Shown: one piece after another, positions 28,185 through 38,200 of the stretch
How the letters are laid out: every line of letters starts with the position of its first letter
Position numbering within the stretch: position 1 is the first letter of the stretch
Source: an uncultured delta proteobacterium
GTDB lineage: Bacteria; Myxococcota_A; Polyangia; Polyangiales; Polyangiaceae
Assembly (NCBI GenBank): GCA_963696385.1
Contig: CAVOKF010000007.1
Span: 320,001-384,000, forward strand
Length of the DNA: 64,000 bases
Direction of reading: 5' to 3'
Translations under genes and position numbers: made by a program
Notes under the pieces: generated by a model
What the model saw: only the letters and a program-made list of their open reading frames with translations
What the model was told of the DNA's origin: nothing
The model's database searches: none

Positions 28185-29084
28185 GTGATGGTACAACGTG
28201 CCGTTTCCCTGCGTACCGATGACGGCGACGACGGAACACCCAGTGAGGCGATGCAGGAGTATCTCGAGCAACTGGCCGCCACATTCCGGCCCTGCTGGGA
28301 GCTCGACGACACGGCGTTCGAGGGGTCGGCGAGGCCATCGTCCGCGAACGTTCAGCCCCTGAAAGGGGGCATCGGGGAGCTGGAAGTCCGGCGCGACAAC
28401 CGTGCGACCCATGGGGTGCTTGCCCCGCTCAAGCCCGTGCGGTCGGGCGACCTCCTCGAAGCGCCCGCCGGCGCGGCGCGCGTCGTCTCTTGGCCCGCAC
28501 CGAATGCCGCGAACCAAGGTCCTGGGGCCACGGGGGCTCTTGCGTCGCCGCAGGGGCCGCTTGCCTGGATCCCGCCAGCCGCTGCGGAATCGACGGAATT
28601 GGATCTACGCCTGTTGGCGCGGCGATCGAGGCGGCCGTTGTGGATCGCGCTGGGCGGGAGCGTCACGCTGCTGATTGTCCTCGTCACCTGGGCCGTGAGC
28701 GGAAATGATGCGAATCCCAATCCGGCGGCGCGCCCGGCGGCTCCCGCCGCCCTGTCCGCCGCGCCACGGCCCACCGCCGCGGAACCATCGGAGCCTGCGC
28801 CGCCGGCGACGGCGCCCAGCGCGGAACCGACGTCGGCGTCCGCCGCACGACCCCCGAGCCCCGTCGCATTCCCCGCCGCAAAGCCGGCTCGCAGGGATCC
28901 CGAAGGCGACGTACGCCGCCGCGCTCCTGCGGAAGAGGATCCGCTCACGACCGTGTTGCCCCCTCCGTCCCACCCCGCCGCGCGTCCGGCGCCGCTCCTC
29001 AAGCCCAACGCACGGCCGATCCCGCTCCCGGCACCGCCCGCGCCCCCTCCTCCCCCTCCTTCCGTTCGAGACGTCCCGTTCTGA
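28185..29084 (+). CDS. Single-TM protein with Pro/Ala-rich C-terminal region
   Basis: RRSRRPLWIALGGSVTLLIVLVTW TM segment followed by a Pro-rich tail ending VRDVPF. Confidence 0.6.
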   Translation: MMVQRAVSLRTDDGDDGTPSEAMQEYLEQLAATFRPCWELDDTAFEGSARPSSANVQPLKGGIGELEVRRDNRATHGVLAPLKPVRSGDLLEAPAGAARVVSWPAPNAANQGPGATGALASPQGPLAWIPPAAAESTELDLRLLARRSRRPLWIALGGSVTLLIVLVTWAVSGNDANPNPAARPAAPAALSAAPRPTAAEPSEPAPPATAPSAEPTSASAARPPSPVAFPAAKPARRDPEGDVRRRAPAEEDPLTTVLPPPSHPAARPAPLLKPNARPIPLPAPPAPPPPPPSVRDVPF

Positions 29085-29244
29085 GAGCGTGTTCAACAGT
29101 CGTCGCGAGCGAGGCGAGGGGTTTTTCCGTTTCGTAAGTCCCGCGGATCCATCCTCGGGCGCGCGGCTGCGCAGCGCAAACGGGCCCCTCGCGTTATCTG
29201 AATCATTCGCCGGAATAGGGACGAATCGTCGCGGTACTTGGAAA

Positions 29245-30582
29245 TCACCAACCGTATTGGACGACGTCAATCGACAACGGGGCCATGGCGTCGCGATCGG
29301 ATCCTCGCACCAGTGCCGCCGCGAAGCACCCGATCTCATCGCACCCTGCGTCCACGAGGGCGTCCGCCTCGACCTCGACCCGCCCTGACCGAACGCCATC
29401 CGAGCGCATCACCCGGTAGGCCAGACCGGCAATGGATGGGGCGTCCGGCGACCGATCCGTGCGTCTCTCGACCCACGCGACGATCGGGGAGCGCCCCACC
29501 GCCAGAGCCGACCAGAAGGGCCCAGGAGCGCGGGAACAATCGGCGGACGCGAGCTCGACGAGCGTCTCGACGGCCGGCGTGCGATCGATTCCAAGGGCCT
29601 CGACTCGTTGCGCAGCCGAGCCGACGCCCGAGCAGGCGGTCTCGGACGGACGAGTGAAGACAACGAGCGTCGTCTTCTCGTCGCCATCCACGGCGACGAC
29701 GTCGTCGTCCGGGCCCAACGCGTGTTTGAGCCGGCGCCACGCCCCCGGAGCGCCGGAACCGCGCGCCTCGCGAACCGCGATCGCGCCCGTGCTCGCGATG
29801 CGGACGATCTCGAGGTCGTCGCCGGACGTGTAGACACGATGCTCGATTTCGTCCGATCCGAAGTCGGAGTCTCGTGTCACGACCGTGGGAGCAAGCGCCG
29901 CATCGGCGCGCGGATCGAATGCCACCGACGTCAGATCGTCGTCGCCGTCTCCCAGCACGAACACGTCGTGGTCGCCGCAGACCAACGTCACGGTCCTTTC
30001 CGGCGGAACGACCGCGATCTCCCGAGGCGACGGATCGGCCCAGGATCGGGCGTAGACTCTGACGGAACCACGCGAATGGGGCGCCACCCACGCCACGCGA
30101 TCGCTTGTCGTGCACCACTCGGCGCCAACGTCCTCGGGAGCCCCCCACGGCTGGCCTTCGGGCCCCACGAGCACGAGCTTGCCACGGCCGTTGTCCTGTT
30201 TGCCGCCACGCCAGGCCAAGGCCATCCCTTCCCCTACCCGCTCGAGCCTCAGATCGGAGTCCGAACCCCACGAGACACCGGACAGTGCATCACTCGTCCA
30301 CAACGCGCGGCGATCGCGCAGCGCCGTGAGGCGAATCACCCTTGCCGCGGCAACGAGGCCCGCCACGACGGTCGCGTGCCCGAGGCGAAGCGCGGCGATG
30401 GGGGAGGAGAATACGGGGGCCGTACCCTCCACGAGCGCGGGACCCGACGACTCGGACGGCACCCTTTCTCGGGCGCTGGCCGACGCCGCCGAGCGCGTTG
30501 CCGAAGGCGTGGCTTTGCGGCACGAGACGCAAGCGCTTCCGACGATCCACGCCACGATCGGAAGGAGCCGGGGGGTGGGCAT
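29245..30582 (-). CDS. Hypothetical lipoprotein
   Basis: MPTPRLLPIVAWIVGSACVSC signal with a beta-rich body; begins 13 bp after the activator gene. Confidence 0.65.
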   Translation of the reverse strand: MPTPRLLPIVAWIVGSACVSCRKATPSATRSAASASARERVPSESSGPALVEGTAPVFSSPIAALRLGHATVVAGLVAAARVIRLTALRDRRALWTSDALSGVSWGSDSDLRLERVGEGMALAWRGGKQDNGRGKLVLVGPEGQPWGAPEDVGAEWCTTSDRVAWVAPHSRGSVRVYARSWADPSPREIAVVPPERTVTLVCGDHDVFVLGDGDDDLTSVAFDPRADAALAPTVVTRDSDFGSDEIEHRVYTSGDDLEIVRIASTGAIAVREARGSGAPGAWRRLKHALGPDDDVVAVDGDEKTTLVVFTRPSETACSGVGSAAQRVEALGIDRTPAVETLVELASADCSRAPGPFWSALAVGRSPIVAWVERRTDRSPDAPSIAGLAYRVMRSDGVRSGRVEVEADALVDAGCDEIGCFAAALVRGSDRDAMAPLSIDVVQYGW

Positions 30583-30595
30583 CAGGCGGCGAACG

Positions 30596-31891
30596 TCATA
30601 CCCGACCCTGTCCTTGCGCGCCGAGCAGCTTGCGGAAGGACGTGCGCGGCATCTCTGCCGCCCGCGCGGCGGCGCTCAGATTCCCGGACTTCTCGCGCAG
30701 CAGTTCGCGTGCACGGTGCGGGGTGAGGCATTTGGCAACCGCCGGACCGTCGCGCCGCAGCGCGCGATCGACGTGCTCTGCCTCGATGCGTGGATTTTGG
30801 GTGGTCGCATCGGCGGCTCTGCAGAGCACGTTCCGTAGTTCGCGAACATTGCCCGGCCAATCGTAGGCGGACAGGCGAGCGAGCGCCGCCGGGGTCAGCG
30901 TCCGCGGCCCCATCTCGCGCGCGAGCTGCCGCAGCAGTTCCCGCGCAAGGACGCCGATGTCTGCGCGCCGCTCGCGCAACGGCGGAACGGTGATGACGAG
31001 GCACTCGAGCCGATGAAACAAATCGCGCCGGAAATCGCCACGGCTGACGCACTGGTCAAGCCGCGCATGCGTGGCCGCGACCACCCGTACGTCGGCGCGC
31101 TGACCCCCGCCCGCGGCGCCGACGCGTCGCACCTCGTACCCATCGAGGGCACGCAATAGCTTCGGCTGTGCTTCGAGCGGCAAGTCGCCAATCTCGTCGA
31201 GAAACAGAGTGCCTCCGTCGGCCTCCGCGAAGGCGCCCTCACGACGAGCGTGCGCTCCCGTGAACGCCCCTCGCTCGTGGCCGAACAGCTCGCTCTCTAC
31301 GAGCTCGCGGGGAAGGGCCGTAACGTTGATGGCGACGAACGCACGCGATCGGCGAGGCCCCTCGGCGTGCAGAGCGCGGGCGACGAGCTCCTTGCCGGTG
31401 CCGCTCTCGCCCGCGATGAGGACGGGCAGCGCGTGACCGGCCAGCCGCCGAACCTGCTCGGCGAGTCTGCGCATCGCCAGCGACGCGCCGACGATCCCGG
31501 GCAAGGGATCGCCCGGGTCGCCGATCTCGGGAGGCTCCGCCGCAGAGACGACGAGCGTGGTTCGACCAATCGTGACGACCGTGCCCACCGAGCCCCAGGC
31601 CTCGCGGATGCGCGCCGTGCCCACGTACGTGCCGTTGCGCGAGCCGAGGTCTTCGATGAAGACCCCGGCGCACGAACCGGTCAGCGCGCAGTGGCGCGAA
31701 CTGACCGTCGGGTCGCCAACGACCACGTCGGCGGACGGCGACGTCCCGACGGTCAGCGTAGCGCTCGCGAGCGGCGTTCGACGCGCCCCCATTTCGTCTT
31801 GAACCTCCACCATCCAGGCGATGGGACTCGGCGCGGGCGCGATTTCGAGCGTGGACGACGCAAAGCACGACGGTTCGATGGTGGGCGACAT
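30596..31891 (-). CDS. FHA-domain sigma-54 enhancer-binding protein
   Basis: FHA (VG...VSSRHC...DLGSRNGT), GESGTGKE, ESELFGHERGAFTGA, LFLDEIG, WPGNVREL and a C-terminal Fis-type HTH. Confidence 0.94.
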   Translation of the reverse strand: MSPTIEPSCFASSTLEIAPAPSPIAWMVEVQDEMGARRTPLASATLTVGTSPSADVVVGDPTVSSRHCALTGSCAGVFIEDLGSRNGTYVGTARIREAWGSVGTVVTIGRTTLVVSAAEPPEIGDPGDPLPGIVGASLAMRRLAEQVRRLAGHALPVLIAGESGTGKELVARALHAEGPRRSRAFVAINVTALPRELVESELFGHERGAFTGAHARREGAFAEADGGTLFLDEIGDLPLEAQPKLLRALDGYEVRRVGAAGGGQRADVRVVAATHARLDQCVSRGDFRRDLFHRLECLVITVPPLRERRADIGVLARELLRQLAREMGPRTLTPAALARLSAYDWPGNVRELRNVLCRAADATTQNPRIEAEHVDRALRRDGPAVAKCLTPHRARELLREKSGNLSAAARAAEMPRTSFRKLLGAQGQGRV

Positions 31892-31971
31892 GGCCGGCCT
31901 CCGTTTTTGGGCACCGCACAGCCCCTGTCGGCACGGCCGAGCCAAGGTTGCGCCCCGATCGCCGCCTTTCA

Positions 31972-32206
31972 CCGACCGCGACCCCGACCTCGCGACCCCG
32001 ACCGCGACAACCGCGACCGCGACCCCGACCTCGACCCCGACCACCTCGACCCCGACCCCGACCACCCCGACCTCGACCCCGACCTCGACCCCGACCCCGA
32101 CCTCGACCCCGACCTCGACCCCGACCTCGACCCCGACCTCGACCCCGACCTCGACCCCGACCTCGACCCCGACCTCGACCCCGACCTACGACCCCAACCT
32201 CGACCT
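31972..32206. repeat. Intergenic tandem repeat of CGACCC/CGACCT hexamers, core (GACCCCGACCTC)n
   Basis: Seven perfect 12-mers at 32093-32176, with degenerate copies on both sides. Confidence 0.95.
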
Positions 32207-32215
32207 ACGACGGAT

Positions 32216-35200
32216 CTAGCCGACGGCGATCCCCAGCGTTTTTCGCAGACTGAAGTACTGCTCGCTCACGGAGAAGACGAGAAGCTCCTTCATCTTGTCC
32301 GCGGGGGGCAGGTCGCCGGGCAGCTGCGGCTCGGCGGCGATGATCTTCTTCGCGATCTCCAGATCCGCACAGAGAAGCAGACCAGCACGGCACGCCGTGA
32401 TCTCGATGGCCTGCATCCAGCGGCGCAGATCCGCCTTCGCGCCGTCCTCGATCCATTTTTGCACGACCAAGCGCAGCGACTCGCGCTGGACAGGCTGCAT
32501 GTGTTTCACGAGCTCGGCGGCCGTGGCGTTGACCGCCTGCGCCATTTCTCCCGGCACCGCGAAGTCCGGAATGACGATCTTGACGCCCGCGAAGAGGATG
32601 ACTTTCAGCTCGTTGAGCGTCGGGAACAGATTCTTGATGTAGTGCTCGCCGCGATAGTTGGACAGGTGCTTGCCGACGATGAACGTCAGCTCCTGCGGGG
32701 TAAACCCCGTGAGAACCGTCTGCCCCGCCACGCTCGCGGGGGGGGTGGACACGACTGCGAGCAGCGCACCGGGGACGTCGTTACGAACGTAAAGCTCCGG
32801 AGTCGCGATGCCCAACACTTGGCCGGCCCAACCGAACGTCTTGGCGAACGTCACCGTGCTCGTCGTCGGATCCTGGCGAAACCTTCTGTCGAGAACGGGC
32901 AGTTGCTTCTGGGCCTTCAGCTGATTCGTCTTCGCGATGATGGCCGCCGGCGTGAGCATCTCGAAGATTTTGCCGATGTAGAGATTTTCGTCCTTGTGGA
33001 AGAGAAATCTCACCCAGGCCTCGTTGTCGAGGCGACTTTTGACCTGAATCATCCCTCGCGGTCGATAGTCCTCGAAGAAGCGCTGCTCCTCCTCGTCCGC
33101 CTTGTGCAGGAACGCGAGCGCGGCACACATGCACCAGGCGCGATCGTATTCGTGCATCCGAAGATACAGCTTGTACAAGCTGCGATACGGCTCTACGCGC
33201 AGAGGCTCATTTTGAAGCACGAGCGAATGCTCTCCGATCGCGGCCTCGATCTGATCCGTAGCCTCGTAGAGCTCCGCCAAGATCTGACGTTCGACCGCCT
33301 CGTCGGGCTTGACTCGCGTCGCCATCTTGAACGCTTCGATGCCGCTCGCGGTGTCCCGCAAACGGTCCCGGTAGATCAGGCCTAGGTTGTGCCAGAGGGC
33401 GAACTCGAGATCCGGGTTCGACACGTTTCCCGCCGACATCCGCCTCAGCATCTTCCGAAAGGCACGCTCGAGCGCCTTCCAGTCCTTCTTCGCCGTCAAA
33501 ATCTTGTTGATGCGCTCGAAGGCCTCCAGATACTGGGGATTCAGATCGAGCGCCTCGCCGAAGAGCTCGACCGCCTTGTCCTGGTCGCCCTCCTTGTCGC
33601 GATACAGCTGCGCCATCGTGTAAAGGAACTTGCTTTTCCGGATCGCATCCTTCTCGTTGTCCGCAATCGCAGAGATCGTGTCGATCATCTTCGACCAGTT
33701 CTCGGTCGACTGATAAAGGGCAATGAGCTTGTGCAGCAGGCCGGGATTGAACGGCTGAAGCTCACGCGCTTCTTCCAGGGCTTCGATCGCGCGCGACGCG
33801 CTCTTGTCTTGATCGCTCCAAACGTCGGCGATCTCGTTGAGCATGCGGAAGCGATCTTCCACGTCGTACACGTTGTCGAGGATCTGCCGCTTGTAGGCTA
33901 CGACCTGCTTCCAATCTTTGGCTTCCGCGTACAGGCTGACGAGCCCTTCGAGCGTCGGTCGGTGAGCGGGATCGACCGACAACGCCTTCTCGAAGTTGTT
34001 GATCGCCTGCCTCGCCTGCCCTTGTTCCCCCTTGATGCATCCGAGTCTGTAGTAGACGTCCGCGCGCGCAGCCGACTCGCCCTCGCCGAGCGCGGTCAGC
34101 ACCTTCTGATAATTGGCGAGCGCCGCCGTCCAGTCCTTGAGCTTGAACGAGACTTCGGCGAGGCCGCGGATGGTGACCTGGTTGGTCAGATCGAGCTGGT
34201 GGGCGGCCGTAAAGGCCTTGAGCGCCTTGTCGTCCTTGCCGAGAGCCGCGCAGACGCGCCCGAGCTTGTTCTGCAGGGCGTGCTGCTCGGAGCGCTCTCT
34301 TTTGCCGCTCTTGCGGACGAGAAGTTCGAGCAAGGGCTCCGCCTTGCCCCACTGTTCGCCGGCGATGTACTCGTCGACCAGCGGCATGGCCGCATCCTCG
34401 TTCTCGGAGTCGGCCTCGTAGGCGGACTCCCAAGCGAGCACCGCGCCGGGGTGATCGCTCAACATCTCTTCGCGCAGTCTTCCGAGGTCGACGAGCAGGC
34501 GCGCGCGCTGTCGCGGCGACTGCGTGAAACCTTGCTCTTGCGCGAGGTAACGCGCGGCCTTGTCGAAGTCCGCGGAGTCGATGGCGATCTGACGCAGCGC
34601 CGCGAGCGTCGGCAAGTGCGCCGAGTCGAGATCGAGCGCGGTCTCGAAGCGCTCCTGCGCGAGCACTCGGTCCCCGAGTTTGTCGTCGAGGGCCTTGCCG
34701 ATTCGATAAAAGGCCTCGACTCGCTGTTTCGTATCCTGAGTCAGCTCCGCAACCCGAGTCATGCAGTCGATGGACTGCGCCGCATCGCCGGTCTTGTCGT
34801 AGAGCTTTGCGAGCGACTCGAGCGCCGCGATATTTTGCTCGTCGAGCGCGACGATGTTCTTGTACGCGTCGATCGCGCGCTCGGCGTCCTCGATCTCGTC
34901 GGCATAGACTTGCGCAATCGCGCCGAAAAGCTCGATCTTGGTCTTTCGCTCCTGCGTGGCGCCGATGTGCCTTTCGTAGGTATCGACCAGTTCCTTCCAC
35001 TGCCGAAGTCGCCGATAGGCCCGTTCGAGTTTGAAGTAAGCGGCCTCGTTGCTCGAGTCGACTTCCAGTGCCTGTTCGAGACGCTGCGCCGCCAAGTCGG
35101 CCTTGAGAAAATGCTCCTCGTGCAGGGTTGCGAGGTTCATCAGCACGTCAATCCGCTCGCGCTCCGTCGTCACGACGTCGAGCTGCTTCTCGAGCACGCC

Positions 35201-38200
35201 GACCAAATCGGCCCATCGCTCGAGAGCTTGATAGACGCGTGCGAGGCCACGGAGCGCCTGCAGATGGCCGGGCGCGATGTCGACCACTTCGCGATAGACC
35301 TGCGCCGCCCGGGCGGCGTCGTTCAGGCTGCTTTCGAAGATTTGCGCTATGCGCAGCTTGGTCGCGGCGATCTCCTCGGGCTCCTTGAGAGCCAGGACCT
35401 TGCGTTGCAAGACGTCGACGAGTTCGCGGTTCTGGGATCGCGCGCCGTAAATGCGCTCCAAGTTCTCGAGCGCGGGCAAGAACTGAGGATCGACCTCGAG
35501 CGCACGCTGAAAATACGTGACCGCCTGCTCGGTCTGCTGCATGTGCGCGTCGAGCACTTCGCCGAGGTCGGTGAGGATCTCCTTGCGGTCGAGATCGTTG
35601 GAGGCCACGTCCAGGGCGCGCGTGAGCGTCGCGCCCATCTGCTGCCAGTTGCCCGCCTTTTTGTAGAGACTCGCGAGCTGACGGGTCGCGCCGACATTCT
35701 GTGGGTCGAGTTGAATGATCTGCGCGTAGTAAGGCTGAGCGTATTCGGGGTGTCCCAGATCGTCGCCGTACCACTTGGCAAGGTGCAGACAGAGCCGGAT
35801 CTTGTCCTGCGGCTCGGTCTGCTGCTTGAGCCAGCCGTTGACGGTCTGGATGATCTCGCTCCAACGCCCCGTCGCCTGGGCCATCCGCTCGAGATATCGC
35901 GCCGTCTCGCGATCGTGGAAGTCGAGCGACAGCGCATTGACGAGCGCCTCGAGCGCCTGGTTCTTGTCGTCGAGCTTCTCTTCGAAGACCCGCGCAATCT
36001 TGCGCAAGAGCTGGGTCTTGGCGCCCGTCTCCTGCTGCGTCTCGAGGCGGCCCAAGTACAGCTCGACCAGCGGCTCCCAGCGACCCGCGCTGCTGTGGAG
36101 CTTCTCGAGCTCGGCGAACGCGTCGTCGTGCCTCGGATCGATGACGAGGATCTTTTCGTAGGCGACCCGGGCCCCGTCGGCGTCACCCACCTGTTCGCGC
36201 CACAGAGCGGCCACTTTCCGGAGCTCGTCGATTTGCTCGCTCGGCTCACCGAGCGCGTCGGCACGACGCATCTTGACGTCGATGACGTCCGTCCATCGCT
36301 CTTCGCGTCGATAAATCGCCTCGAGCGAGTCCATCGCCTCGAAATCGGGACCGACGTCGAGCAGTTTGCGCCACGCGTCGGCCGCATCGTACGGCTGCTG
36401 GAGTGAATCGCCGTAGGTCTTGCCGAGCTCGCGGAACGCTTCCTTCAGCTCCTCGCCGTCGAGCGAGCCGGCGGCACGATCGACCAGCTGATGCAGCGCA
36501 CCCACCAGCTCGTTCGCGTCGCCCTGGCGCCGGCAGATGTTCGCGATCGACCGGAGGGCCTCGAGGTTGGAGTAATCGATGTCGAGAACGCGGACCCAAT
36601 CTTGGCGCGCCGAATCGTCGCGTCCGAGCTTGTCGCTCAGTGTCCTCGCGCGGCGAGTGAGAACGGCCACCCGAGCCTCGTCGCTCGAAGCGATATCGAA
36701 CTCGCGCTCGAGCACGTCGACGAGCTTCGCCCACTGAGCGAGCGACTCGTACAAGTCGCTCAGGGCGTGCAAGGCCTCGGGGTCTTCGCCGCGCAAGTCG
36801 AGCACGACCTTCCAGGACTCGATCGCCCGCTCCGGCTGGCCGAGTCTCTCGGCGGCCAGGCGGCCAATCTTGGCCCGAATGTCGGCCTCTCCCGACCCAC
36901 CGACCGCGTTTTCCAGCTCTCCCCGATACACGGCGTCGAGCTCCTGCCACGCACCTTGCTGCTCGTAAATTCGCGCGAGCGCGGCGATCGCGCCGTCGTG
37001 AGCACGGTCGAGGCCGTCGAAGATATGCCGATACGCGCGGATCGCACTGGGGACATCGCCGAGCCTCTGCTCGTACAGCTCGCCGAGTCGAGCGTAGAGC
37101 TCGACGAGTTCGAGATTGTCGGTCGTGGCCTGAACGCGCATCTCGAGAATTTGCGCCAGATCTTTCCACCCCTCGATCGAAACGTAGATTCGATCGAGAT
37201 TGGCGAGCGCGTCGGCATCCGCCGGATCGACGCCGAGAACGTATTTGTAGGTCTCTTCGGCCTTTCCGACGTCTCCGAGCTCGTCCTCGAAGGTGCGCGC
37301 AAGGCGTCGTCCAATGCTCCTTTGCACGTCCGGTTCGGAGTGCACCGCGAGAATGTCCGCATAGGCATTCGCGAGCGTCTCCCATCCCCCGTCGACCCGA
37401 GCGGCAAGCCGCTGAGTCTCTTCCCCGGCCTTCTCGTCGAGCGGGACCTCCTTGAGCAGGCGGATGGTGACCTCGAGCGTTTTGGCCGGATCGAGGAGCT
37501 TGTCCTCGAAGAGCTCAGCCAGCCGGTAGTACGCGGCAATCCGATCTTTTTGCCCCACGGTGCTCGCGAGCTGCGCTTCGTGGACACGCGAAAGCTTTTC
37601 CCACTCGCCGGTCGCCCGGTAGAGGGGCTCGAGAATTTCGCCGACGTCGGCCTGGCGGACCCCCTCTGCAAAAAGCCCTTCGAGGGCCTCGACCGTCGCT
37701 TGGTGATCCGGCGACGCACCGATGACTTCCCGATACGCGACGAGAGCCCCCTCGACGTCGCCCAGTTTCGTTTGCAAGACTCGGCCGAGGCGGTACTCGA
37801 CCTCCAAAACTTCGTCGGCGGATTGCCCGATCTCGGCTTCGCGCACCAGCACGGCCGCCAAGTCGGCCCAACGCTCGCTCTGAAGGAAGAGACGGTCGAG
37901 CGCCTTGATCGCCGTCAGATTTTCGGGGTCGACGTCGGCCACGCGCCGGTAACGCGCGATCGCTCCGTCGGCATCGTCGAGCTGCACTTCGAAAATTTGC
38001 GCATTCCGCAGCCCAAGCTCCACGAAGCGGTCGGTCCGCTCCGCGCGAGCCAAGCGGTCGAGCTCCGCGTCGTAAAGGCGGGCGACCTGCGGCCACCGGT
38101 GCACGACGATGGCCAGGCGCTCGAGATTGCCGAGCGTGGCCTCGTTGCCGTCCTCGACGGCGAGCGCTCTCGCATAAGTCTCGAAGGCCGCTGCGTGATC

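Noticed and set aside
31972..32206. CRISPR array
   Set aside because: Units are contiguous 6/12-mers with no unique spacers, and there are no cas genes.
31821..32253. ORFs reading (TSTP)n, (PR)n, (DPDL)n or (VGVE)n
   Set aside because: All are translations of the largely stop-free tandem repeat, with no RBS or domain support.
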